A stretch of 64,000 bases of DNA. Origin: Nocardioides sp. Lineage in GTDB: Bacteria; Actinomycetota; Actinomycetes; Propionibacteriales; Nocardioidaceae. Position 1 is the first letter of the stretch. Every line of letters begins with the position of its first letter. Location of the stretch: assembly GCF_041913365.1 (NCBI RefSeq), contig NZ_JAYSFM010000004.1:34348-98347 (forward strand), read 5' to 3'. Shown here in pieces: positions 1-10,126 of this stretch. The position numbers were made by a program, and so were the translations under genes. The notes below the pieces were generated by a model, which did no database searches, was not told the origin of the DNA, and saw nothing but the letters and a program-made list of their open reading frames with translations.

Positions 1-28
1 GGGACGACCAGCCCCGTGCCTCTGCGGT

Positions 29-78
29 CTGGACCGGGCTGGACCGGGTGGGGCCCGAGTCACGCAGGAGTCACGCAG
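29..78 (+). repeat. Two pairs of tandem direct repeats upstream of the protease gene (CTGGACCGGG x2, period 10; GAGTCACGCAG x2, period 11)
   Basis: Read directly: 29-38/39-48 and 57-67/68-78; regulatory role is inference. Confidence 0.5.
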
Positions 79-143
79 GCGCGCGCACGCTCTGCGCGTG
101 GGCGGGCCCACGCGCGGGCTCGGGACAGAGGGGAGATCGGGCC

Positions 144-2399
144 ATGAGCTGTCACGACCGGGGTGGGGCCTGCGGGTGCCACGGGGAGCAGCCGCTGGTG
201 TTCGACGAGCAGGGCGAGCTGGTGGAGGACCTGCCGGACCTGGCCGGCCCGCCGGGCACGGCCCCACGCCAGCCGCTCCCGATCGCGCTGCGGCGTCCGT
301 GCTCGACCTCGCGGCTCAACGGGTCGTGGTTGCTGCAGATCCGTCCGCTGGTCGCGGCGTTCCCGTTCAGCGAGGTCCGCGGGCCGATGCGGATCGAGGT
401 CGGCCCGTCGTCCCTGCGCATCAGCGGCGACGTGTACGTCCGGCGCAGCGGCCTGGTTGGCCCGGTGGTCACCCAGCCGTTCGTGCCGGTGCGACCGGGC
501 GGTGACGAGGACCTGCCCGACGACGCGGCCGCGGACGACGGCGGCGAGGCGGAGGACCCGGGCGGGATCGTCTCGCCGACGATCCGGTGGTACCCGCAGC
601 TGCCCAAGAACGAGTACAGCTGGTACTTCCGCTCCACGGGGGTCACCTACTCCGGCGGCACTCTGTCCTTCTCCTTCGTCCGGCACCTGTGGGACCGGAC
701 CACCCAGGAGTTCGTCTCCACGGACACCGGCCGGATGACGCTGCGCTGCGAGCAGCCCCTGATCGAGTCGATCTTCCGGCCGGTGACCATGCAGGGCACG
801 GCGACCATCGGCAGCCGCAGGTACGTCCTGACGGCCACGAAGACCTCGACGTTCTACCGCGGCTGCCGGGTCGAGGTGGACGCCATGACCGGGCGGCGGT
901 GGCCGGTCTCGGCCCTCACCGCGGGAGGCGTGACGTCGACGTTCCAGAACGTCTACGCCTCGGCCGGGTGGGACACCCCGACCACGCTCGACGAGGTCGG
1001 CGTCCCGGACGACACCTCGTTGACGAACGCCGAGCTGCAGACGCTGCTCAGCACCCACCGGGGCGCAGCCACGGGCGACCAGTGGCGGCTCTGGCTGCTG
1101 GTCGGGTCCACCCAGGGCACCCTCTTCGGCATCATGTTCGACGAGGACGCGGTGCCCCGCGAGGGTGCGGTCGGCTTCGCCGACGCCACCCTGGGCAGCG
1201 GGTCGAACATCGAGGCGGTCGCGCGCAACCGGCCGCTCGACGAGGTCCCGGCCGCCTTCCTCCGCACCCTGGTGCACGAGGCCGGTCACGCGTTCAACCT
1301 GTTCCACCCCAAGCACGACGTGCACGTGCCCGGCATCGGCACCGAGATCATGAACCAGACCGGTGACGTGATGGGGTTCGCGACGGCGGCCAACCCCTAT
1401 CCCGGCAACGCGACCTTCGGCTTCAGCCAGCACGACCGGATGTCGCTGATCCACTCGCCCGACCCCCAGGTGAGGCCGGGCTGGAAGGGCTTCGGCTGGG
1501 GCCACGGCAGCCTCTCCTCCGGCCTGCCGCAGCCCACCGACGCCGAGGGCCTGGTCAACCAGGACGACGCCACGGGGCTGGCGCTCGAGCTGCGGCTCCC
1601 CGACGAGGTCTACGTCGGCGAGTACGTCGTCGCCGAGCTGGTCCTCACCAACACCGGGGACGAGGCGCGCGAGGTGAGCACGCGGCTCAACCTCGCCGAG
1701 GGCGACCTCCGGCTCCTCCACGCCCTGCCCGGCGGCGACGTCGAGCAGGTGCGTGACGTGGTGCTGGCGTGCGGGCCGCCGCAGACCGCGGTCCTCAACC
1801 CGGGCGAGTCGATCACCTCGCGGCTGCAGGTGTTCTTCACCAGCGAGGGCGTGACGTTCGACGTCCCGGGCCGCCACGTCGTACGTGCCGAGTTCGACGC
1901 GCTCGGCTGGGCGGCCGTGCGGAGCCCACGGGTCGCGGTCCAGGTCCGGATGGCCGGGACGGACGAGGAGAGGGACGTGTCGGTGGCGACCCTGGAGCCC
2001 GGCGTGGGCGTCGCCTTCGCGCTCGGCGACTTCGGTCGCGACGAGGCGGCCAAGGCTCGCCTGGTGACGGTGGCGGAGGCCCAGCCGGAGTCCGACACCG
2101 GCGGTGCCGCTGCGCTGGTGCTCGCCAACGCGCTGGCGCGCGACCACACGGACTACCGGTCGGGCGACACCCGGGAGGCGGATGCCTCGGAGGCCAAGCG
2201 GTTCCTCGACCTGGCCGCCCAGGGCCGCACGGCGGAGGAGCTGCTGGCGCTGGCGACCACGGTGCCGAGCCCGGTCGAGCGCGGCGCCCCGGTGGTGGCG
2301 GACGCGCTCGCGCGGGCCAAGCGGGCCCGCAAGCCCAAGGCGGACCTCGCCCGCGCCGAGGAGCTGGCGGCCGACTTCGTGGCACCATCGGCACGGTGA
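144..2399 (+). CDS. Multidomain zinc metalloprotease, metzincin-like, no signal peptide
   Basis: HEAGHAFNLFH zinc motif (nt 1275-1307) followed by a Met-turn-like EIMNQ; ATG144 follows a GAGGGGAG RBS-like tract. Confidence 0.75.
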   Translation: MSCHDRGGACGCHGEQPLVFDEQGELVEDLPDLAGPPGTAPRQPLPIALRRPCSTSRLNGSWLLQIRPLVAAFPFSEVRGPMRIEVGPSSLRISGDVYVRRSGLVGPVVTQPFVPVRPGGDEDLPDDAAADDGGEAEDPGGIVSPTIRWYPQLPKNEYSWYFRSTGVTYSGGTLSFSFVRHLWDRTTQEFVSTDTGRMTLRCEQPLIESIFRPVTMQGTATIGSRRYVLTATKTSTFYRGCRVEVDAMTGRRWPVSALTAGGVTSTFQNVYASAGWDTPTTLDEVGVPDDTSLTNAELQTLLSTHRGAATGDQWRLWLLVGSTQGTLFGIMFDEDAVPREGAVGFADATLGSGSNIEAVARNRPLDEVPAAFLRTLVHEAGHAFNLFHPKHDVHVPGIGTEIMNQTGDVMGFATAANPYPGNATFGFSQHDRMSLIHSPDPQVRPGWKGFGWGHGSLSSGLPQPTDAEGLVNQDDATGLALELRLPDEVYVGEYVVAELVLTNTGDEAREVSTRLNLAEGDLRLLHALPGGDVEQVRDVVLACGPPQTAVLNPGESITSRLQVFFTSEGVTFDVPGRHVVRAEFDALGWAAVRSPRVAVQVRMAGTDEERDVSVATLEPGVGVAFALGDFGRDEAAKARLVTVAEAQPESDTGGAAALVLANALARDHTDYRSGDTREADASEAKRFLDLAAQGRTAEELLALATTVPSPVERGAPVVADALARAKRARKPKADLARAEELAADFVAPSAR

Positions 2400-3148
2400 C
2401 GGACCTGTCGTTGCACGTCGAGGCCCCCGCCGAGGTCCCGCTCGGCGAGGCCGTCGTCGTGGTGCTCCGGCTGCGCAACGACGGCAGCTCCCCGGCGACG
2501 ACGAGCAGCCGGCTCGACCTCGCGCAGGGGGACCTGTCGGTGTGGGTGGCGCCCGAGGGCGGGGACCGGGTCCGGGTGGAGTGGCCGTGGCAGGTCGACT
2601 CCGGACGTACGGAGGTGGACCTGGCGCCCGGGCAGGAGCTCGTGGGCTCGGCGCTGCTGCTGTCCGCGACCGGCTCGCTCTTCCCCGCGCCCGGTGACTA
2701 CGCGGTCCTGGCCGCGTTCGCGGTCCGGCCGGACCTCGAGGTGACGTCCGCACCGGCCACCGTCCGCCGGGTGGCAGCGACCGACCCCGGCGCCGCCGCA
2801 CGTCAGCGGGCGCTGGAGGACCCCGACGTCGTCCGCAGCCTGGCTTCGGTGAGCACGATCGGTGCGGCCGCCGAGGGCCTCGCCCTGCTGGCCGCCTCCG
2901 ACGCCAGTCCTGTCGCGCAGCTGCTGGCCGCGTGCGTCACCACGGTGACCGCCGACCTCCCGCCGGTCATCGAGCGCGCCGTCGACGCGGCAGGAGCCGT
3001 CATCGCGGCGGCGGCCGTCGCGGCGGTGCTGCCGCCGGGGGTGTTCCCCGGCGACGAGCGGCTTGCGGTGGCCGAGGACGTCGCCGGTCCGGCGGCCGAC
3101 CCGACCGTCACCGCGCTGCTCTCCGGCTCAGCTGCGACCGCGGGCTGA
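2396..3148 (+). CDS. Hypothetical protein paralogous to the C-terminal beta/helical region of the upstream protease
   Basis: GTGA overlap with the protease stop; motifs P.EV..GE.VV..L.L.N.G, RL.LA.GDL, L.PG, F..PG...V.A.F are shared with the protease C-terminus. Confidence 0.75.
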   Translation: MTDLSLHVEAPAEVPLGEAVVVVLRLRNDGSSPATTSSRLDLAQGDLSVWVAPEGGDRVRVEWPWQVDSGRTEVDLAPGQELVGSALLLSATGSLFPAPGDYAVLAAFAVRPDLEVTSAPATVRRVAATDPGAAARQRALEDPDVVRSLASVSTIGAAAEGLALLAASDASPVAQLLAACVTTVTADLPPVIERAVDAAGAVIAAAAVAAVLPPGVFPGDERLAVAEDVAGPAADPTVTALLSGSAATAG

Positions 3149-3153
3149 GCGGG

Positions 3154-4310
3154 TCAGCGGGCGACCCAGGCCCCCGCGCGCATCACCCGCACCACGTCGA
3201 GCCGGTCGTCCAGCACGACCAGGTCGGCGCGGCGTCCGGGCTCGAGGGCCCCGACGTCGGTGAGGCCCCAGGCCCGGGCCGGTGTGGTCGTCGCCGCGCG
3301 TACGACGTCGAGCAGCGGCAGCCCGGCCTCGCCCGCGGCGAAGCGGACGGCGGCGGCCATGGTCAGTGTCGACCCGGCGATGGCTCCGGTGCCGCTGCCG
3401 TCGGCGAGCCGGGCGACGCCCTCGCGGACCTCGATCGCCATCGGCCCGAGGCGGTAGTCACCGTCGGGCGCACCGGCCGCGGCCATCGCGTCGGTGACGA
3501 GGATGCAGCGGTCCGGCTTGGCCGCGAAGACGGTGCGCAGGACGGCCGGGTGCAGGTGCACGCCGTCGGCGATGAGCTCGACGTCGACGGGGGAGTCGAC
3601 CAGCGCGCCGACCGGGCCGGGGTCGCGATGGTGCAGCGGCCGCATCGCGTTGAAGAGGTGGGTGCCGAGCCGCGCACCGGCGTCGAGGGCCGCGCGCGCC
3701 TCGTCGTACGTCGCGTCGGTGTGGCCGATCGCCGCGACGACCCCGCGCTCGGCGAGCAGCCGCACGGCGGCGAGGCCGCCGGCCAGCTCGGGCGCGAGGG
3801 TGACCATCCGAACGGCGCCGCGTCGTCCTGAGCCTGTCGAAGGGTCGGCGGCGTCGAGGAGCGCCTCGACCGAGGAGGGGTCCGGGTCGGAGAGCGAGCC
3901 GGGCTGGTGGGCACCCGAGCGGCGCGGGCTCAGCCACGGCCCCTCGAGGTGTACGCCGGCGAGCCGACCGTCCTGCACGAGCAGGGCGAGCTCGCGGACC
4001 GCGGCCGCCATCCGGTCGTGGGTGTCGGTGACCAGGCTGGCGGCCATCGACGTGGTGCCGTGGGAGAGGTGGGTGTCGGCCACGACCGCGGCGGCGTCCG
4101 CCGTGCCGGTGTCGAAGGAGGCGCCGCCGCCGCCGTGCACGTGGAGGTCGACGAACCCGGGCACGACCGTGGTCGCGCCGAGGTCGAGGTCAGCCGTGCG
4201 GGGCGGTGCACCCTCGCCGACCTCGGTGATGCGGTCGCCGTCCAGGATCAGCCACCCCGGCGCGAGGACCCGCGCCGGGGTGACCACCTGGTCAGCCGTG
4301 AGGAGCACCG

Positions 4311-4314
<4 letters not shown>
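3154..4314 (-). CDS. nagA: N-acetylglucosamine-6-phosphate deacetylase
   Basis: PGFVDLHVHGGGG, GVHLEGP, VTLAPE, THLFNAM, IADGVH, LVTDAM, IAGSTLTM motifs; GlcNAc cluster context. Confidence 0.95.
3825..3844 (-). repeat. REP-like 20-mer (CCCTTCGACAGGCTCAGGAC on minus strand) in frame within nagA
   Basis: Encodes PSTGSG with A/T-ending codons (CCT, ACA, TCA, GGA, then CGA), unlike the GC3-rich gene; resembles a dispersed actinobacterial repeat from memory. Confidence 0.6.
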
Positions 4315-5569
<1,255 letters not shown>

Positions 5570-5573
<4 letters not shown>

Positions 5574-6349
5574 GATGGATCCCTTCTGGTGGTGCGGGTT
5601 GTGCGGGTGGGGGTTGGTGCAGGGGTGGACGTGGGGCCGAGCGTCATGTGGACCTGGTAGCGGTCGCCGCGGTAGCGCGAGACGACGTGCTCGAGCGGCC
5701 GGCCGGCGGCGCTGGAGACGCGGCGGAAGACGAGGAGCGGGGTGTGCACGGGGGCCTCGAGGCGGCGCGCGGTCGTGCCCTCGGCCGCCTCGCCCCACAG
5801 CGTCTGCTCGGCGGCGTCGATGACGAGGTCGTAGCGGACGTCGAAGAGGGTGTAGAGCGAGCCGGAGAGGTCCTCGGCGTCGAGGTCGGGCAGCAACGAG
5901 GTGGGGTACCAGCCCTGCTCGATCGCCATCGGCTGCCCGTCGGCGAGCCGGATCCGGTCGATGCGCCAGGCCGTGCCGCGCGCGCCGAGCCGTAGCGACT
6001 TCGCCACCTCGGCGGGCGGGCGCTCCTCGTCCACCCGGAGCAGGCGCGTGGAGGGAGTGAGCCCGCGCCGCAGCATGTCCTGGGAGAACGACGCCAGGTG
6101 CAGGCGGCTCTCGACCCGCGGCCGGGCCACGAAGGTGCCCTTGCCCTGGATGCGGTGCAGCAGCCCGCCGGCGACGAGGTTGTCGATCGCCTTGCGGACC
6201 GTGGCGCGCGAGACGTCGTACGTCGTCATCAGCTCGCGCTCGGAGGGGATCGCGACGTCAGGACCGAGCTCGCGGACGGCCAGCTCGGCCAGCACGTCGC
6301 TGAGCTGCGCGTGCTTGGGCCTGGGGCCGTCGTCGATCCTGCGGGCCAT
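5570..6349 (-). CDS. dasR: GntR/HutC-family regulator (DasR/NagR-like)
   Basis: wHTH PSERELMTTYDVSRATVRKAI...QGKGTFV plus UTRA domain; within the nag cluster next to a dre-like palindrome. Confidence 0.8.
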
Positions 6350-6386
6350 CTCCACCTCTCGACGTCAGCGGGTTTGATTGGTACGG

Positions 6387-6402
6387 TCTGGTACGTACCA
6401 GT
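6387..6402. promoter_or_regulatory. DasR-responsive-element-like operator TCTGGTACGTACCAGT
   Basis: Perfect 14-bp palindrome CTGGTACGTACCAG (6388-6401) between divergent nag genes; arms match dre consensus ACTGGTCTAGACCAGT. Confidence 0.7.
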
Positions 6403-6446
6403 TGGGAGAGCATGGCCCCAGCGCCCCGAACCTGTCAAGGACCGCG

Positions 6447-7496
6447 ATGAGCACCACCTCCACGACGCAGATGGCGTCCGAGATCGCCGAGCAGCCCGAC
6501 GCCGCCCGCCGCACCCTCGACCACCTGCTGCCCGAGCGCGACCGCCTGCGCGACCTCTTCGCGGACCGTCGCCGCGTCCTGCTGGTCGCCCGCGGGTCGA
6601 GCGACAACGCCGCGATCTACGGTCGCTACCTCCTCGAGGTCACCTCGGGGATCCCGGCCGGCCTGGCCGCGCCGAGCGTGGCGACCCACTACCGGGCGCG
6701 GCTCGACCTGACCGACACGCTGGTCGTCTCGGTCTCGCAGTCCGGGTCCACCGCGGAGATCGTGGAGACCCAGGAGTGGGCCCGGTCGTGCGGCGCCGCC
6801 ACCGTGTCGGTCTCCAACGTCGCCGGCTCGCCGCTGGCGGCCGCTGCCGACCTCGCCCTGACCACCCAGGCCGGGCCCGAGGTCGCGGTGCCCGCCACCA
6901 AGACGTACCTCGCCCAGATGCTCGCGCTGGCCGTGGTCGCCGACGCGCTCGGGCCGTCCTCGTCGCTGGCGGACGACCTCGCTCGCGTCCCGGCGGCCGT
7001 CGAGGGACTGCTCGGCCAGGACGTCGACGCCGCGGCGACCGCGCTCTCGGAGGTCGACCGCGTGGTCGTCTCCGGCCGCGGCTTCCTCCTCGGCACGGCG
7101 CTGGAGACCGCGCTCAAGATGGAGGAGACCTGCCTGCGCCCGGTGCGCGGCTACTCCTACGCCGACCTGCGGCACGGCCCGATCTCGGTGGTCGGCGAGG
7201 GCGTCCTCGCCGTCCTCGTCGCCGCCGCCCACGGGCCGCTCGCCGAGCCGATGGTCGAGCTCGCTGACGACCTCCACCGCCGCGGTGCCCGCGTGCTCGG
7301 CCTCGGCGGCACGCCGGAGTTCGCGGACCGCTGCGACGTCCACCTCGCCGGTCCGGACCTCCCGGAGACGGTGGAGCCTGTTGCGAGCATCGTCCCTGCG
7401 CAGATGATGATCGAGCGGCTCGCGCTCCGGCTCGGGCTCGACCCCGACAACCCGCGCGGCCTCAACAAGGTCACGCAGACCGACATCACCCACTGA
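6447..7496 (+). CDS. Double-SIS (GlmS C-terminal-like) protein, probable glucosamine-6-phosphate deaminase of NagB-II type
   Basis: EIAEQP, ARGSSDNA, SQSGST, AGPEVAVPATKTY, ALKMEET, DLRHGP, LNKVT motifs. Confidence 0.8.
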   Translation: MSTTSTTQMASEIAEQPDAARRTLDHLLPERDRLRDLFADRRRVLLVARGSSDNAAIYGRYLLEVTSGIPAGLAAPSVATHYRARLDLTDTLVVSVSQSGSTAEIVETQEWARSCGAATVSVSNVAGSPLAAAADLALTTQAGPEVAVPATKTYLAQMLALAVVADALGPSSSLADDLARVPAAVEGLLGQDVDAAATALSEVDRVVVSGRGFLLGTALETALKMEETCLRPVRGYSYADLRHGPISVVGEGVLAVLVAAAHGPLAEPMVELADDLHRRGARVLGLGGTPEFADRCDVHLAGPDLPETVEPVASIVPAQMMIERLALRLGLDPDNPRGLNKVTQTDITH

Positions 7497-7533
7497 TCCA
7501 CCCGAGCTGACCCACCACCGAGAGGAACCCACC

Positions 7534-7767
7534 ATGAGCAGCAAGGCCGAGCAGATCCTCGCGGGCCTCGGCGGCGCGGACAACGTCGTCGAGATCGAGG
7601 CCTGCATCACCCGGCTCCGGACGGAGGTCAAGGACGGCTCCCTCGTGGACCAGGCCGCCCTCAAGGCCGCCGGTGCGCACGGCGTGATGGCGAGCGGCAC
7701 GGTCGTCCAGGTCGTCGTCGGGCCGGAGGCGGACAACCTCGCCGACGACATCGAGGACCTGATGTGA
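7534..7767 (+). CDS. nagF: PTS EIIB component
   Basis: CITRLR phospho-Cys motif, QVVVGP. Confidence 0.9.
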   Translation: MSSKAEQILAGLGGADNVVEIEACITRLRTEVKDGSLVDQAALKAAGAHGVMASGTVVQVVVGPEADNLADDIEDLM

Positions 7768-8234
7768 CCCCTTCGCCAGTCAGCGTCCTCTCGCCCTGCC
7801 CGGGCCGTGTCATCGCGATGGCCGACGTGCCCGACCCGGTCTTCGCCGAGGAGATGGTCGGCCCGGGCGTCGCCATCGAGCCCGACGCCGGCCCGACCAC
7901 CGTCGTCTCCCCGATCGCCGGCACCGTCGTGAAGGTGATGCCGCACGCCTTCGTCGTCCTCGGCGACGGCGTGGGCGTGCTGGTGCACCTCGGCATCAAC
8001 ACGGTCCGCCTCGGCGGCGAGGGCTTCGAGGTGCTCGCCACCCAGGGCGCCCAGGTCGCCGCGGGTGACGAGATGGTCCGCTGGGACCCGTCCGGCGTCC
8101 CCACCTCGCACGACGGGCACGAGCTGTCGACCGTCGTCCCGATCGTGCTGATGGACGCGCCGAAGGGCTCGGTCAGCAGCGAGGCGATCGGCGGCACGGT
8201 GGCGACCGGCGACCTGCTCTTCACCACCTCGTGA
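7764..8234 (+). CDS. crr: PTS EIIA component
   Basis: VPDPVFAEEMVGPGVAI, LVHLGINTV motifs; GTGA overlap. Confidence 0.88.
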   Translation: MTPSPVSVLSPCPGRVIAMADVPDPVFAEEMVGPGVAIEPDAGPTTVVSPIAGTVVKVMPHAFVVLGDGVGVLVHLGINTVRLGGEGFEVLATQGAQVAAGDEMVRWDPSGVPTSHDGHELSTVVPIVLMDAPKGSVSSEAIGGTVATGDLLFTTS

Positions 8235-8884
8235 CGGCCGAGCCGACGCCAGCCGCGCTGCTGCTCGACCTCGACGGCACGCTGGTCGACTCCGAGCCCC
8301 TGCACCGGGCGTCGTACGTCGCCTGGTTCGCGCACCGGGGCTGGGAGCTGCCTGACCTCCGGATCTTCACCGGTCGGCGGGCCGAGGACGTCTTCGCCAC
8401 GACGGAAGGGCCGTGGACGGGGGAGGACCCCGACGAGCTCGCGCGCGGGGTCGTCCCGTTCATCCCCGACGAGGCGCCCGAGCCGGTCGCCGGTGCCCGT
8501 GAGCTGCTCGAGTCCGCCCGCGCGACCGGCGTGCCGGTCGCCATCGTGACCTCCGCCGGTCCGGCCTGGGTCGAGCGGTCCGTCGTGGAGGCCTTGGGGC
8601 TCCCGCTCGACGTCGTCGACGTGGTCGTCACCGCCCGCGACGTCGTCGACGGCAAGCCGCACCCGGCGGGCTACGCGCTGGCCTGCGAGCGGATGGGCGC
8701 CGACCCGGCCCTCGCGCTGGCGGTCGAGGACTCACCGGCCGGCGTGCGCGCCGCGCTCGGCGCCGGCGTACGTCGCGTGCACGGCGTGGGCACGACCCAT
8801 CCCTCCGACCTCCTGGTCGCGGCCGGCGCGGTCGACGTGCACGACGACCTGCGCCCGCTGCTGGACCTGCTCCAGGAGATCTAG
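8231..8884 (+). CDS. HAD-family phosphatase
   Basis: DLDGTLVD, VTS, GKPHP, VEDS motifs. Confidence 0.88.
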   Translation: MTAEPTPAALLLDLDGTLVDSEPLHRASYVAWFAHRGWELPDLRIFTGRRAEDVFATTEGPWTGEDPDELARGVVPFIPDEAPEPVAGARELLESARATGVPVAIVTSAGPAWVERSVVEALGLPLDVVDVVVTARDVVDGKPHPAGYALACERMGADPALALAVEDSPAGVRAALGAGVRRVHGVGTTHPSDLLVAAGAVDVHDDLRPLLDLLQEI

Positions 8885-10041
8885 GGGCCAGGCGTCCAGA
8901 CGTCGCTGGTGTCGATGATGCGGTCGATCTCGGCCTTGAGGTGGCGCGCGATGTCGCCGCCGGGGTCGTGGGCGACCTCGATCCCCTCGACCTCGTCGTG
9001 GACCGACCCGACGACGAAGATGTTCTCGTCGTTGTAGTCGTTGGCGGGCGCGGTGTAGTTGAAGCTGCCGGCGACCACGACCTGCTCGTCGATGACCATC
9101 AGCTTGTGGTGCAGTTTGCGCAGGCGCGCGAAGGGTCCGTCGCGGCGCGGCACGTAGAGCTCGATGTTGTCGTGCACCAGCCAGGGCGGCGCGGCCCAGT
9201 CGTGGGCGGCCTGCCCCCGGTCGAGGACGCCCCGGATCTTCATCCCGCCGCGCGCCAACGCCAGCATCGCGTCGTCGATGCCCGAGGAGCCGGCGAAGGT
9301 GAAGATCGCGAACGTGATCTCCTTCGTCCCCTTCAGCATCTGCTTCATGATCTCGAGCTCGGGCGTGTGGTCGGGGGCGAAGAGCACCTTCACCGGGACC
9401 CCGGCCAGGTCGTACGTCTTGGGCACCGGGCCGTGCATCCCGCGCCCGAAGGACCCGCGGCGCAGCTGCTCGACCTCGGTGGCGTACTGCCGGCAGACGA
9501 AGGCGTTGCGGAAGACGAAGACGTGGTTGAGGTTCTGGTGGCAGTCGGTGACGGTGAAGTTGGCCGACCCCGTCAGCAGCGCCGACGTCGGGGCCGCCGT
9601 GCCGTCGTAGTCGCGCAGCACGAACTTCTGGTGGAAGAGCTTCGGGTTGTAGTCGCCGCGGACCTGCACGTCGGAGCGCAGCAGCGCCGCCAGGATGCGG
9701 CGGTTCTCCGCCAGCTCGGTCTCGTCGGTGCCCCACTGCACCCGCAGCAGCGCGTCCGCCTGGCTCTCGCCGGGACGTGGCACCGGGAGGGCCGGTGGGT
9801 TGCCCGCGAGCGGCGAGCGCAGGTAGTCCTGCTCGAGGAACAGCTCGACCCGGACGCCGCGCCAGCTCGCGTCGAGCAGCGCCTGGGCGATCACCGGGTT
9901 GTCCAGCTCCTGCACCGCCACCGCCAGCGAGGTGCGGGCGCCCGCGATGAAGCCGGCGATGACGCCCTCGAGGTCGTCCGCCGCGCCGAGCTCCGTCGGG
10001 CCGACGTACGCCTCGATCTTGCCGCTCGCGAAGACGCTCAT
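8881..10041 (-). CDS. Phospholipase D/Nuc-superfamily protein with two HKD motifs
   Basis: HQKFVLRD...GSANFT and HHKLMVID...GSFNYT. Confidence 0.85.
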   Translation of the reverse strand: MSVFASGKIEAYVGPTELGAADDLEGVIAGFIAGARTSLAVAVQELDNPVIAQALLDASWRGVRVELFLEQDYLRSPLAGNPPALPVPRPGESQADALLRVQWGTDETELAENRRILAALLRSDVQVRGDYNPKLFHQKFVLRDYDGTAAPTSALLTGSANFTVTDCHQNLNHVFVFRNAFVCRQYATEVEQLRRGSFGRGMHGPVPKTYDLAGVPVKVLFAPDHTPELEIMKQMLKGTKEITFAIFTFAGSSGIDDAMLALARGGMKIRGVLDRGQAAHDWAAPPWLVHDNIELYVPRRDGPFARLRKLHHKLMVIDEQVVVAGSFNYTAPANDYNDENIFVVGSVHDEVEGIEVAHDPGGDIARHLKAEIDRIIDTSDVWTPGP

Positions 10042-10126
10042 GGTGGTGACCCCCCGTCCCCTCCACGGTCCTCCCCGGTCAGGGTCGTGGCAACCGCGGC
10101 CGCGTCTCGGTCTGGACCACGCGTCG

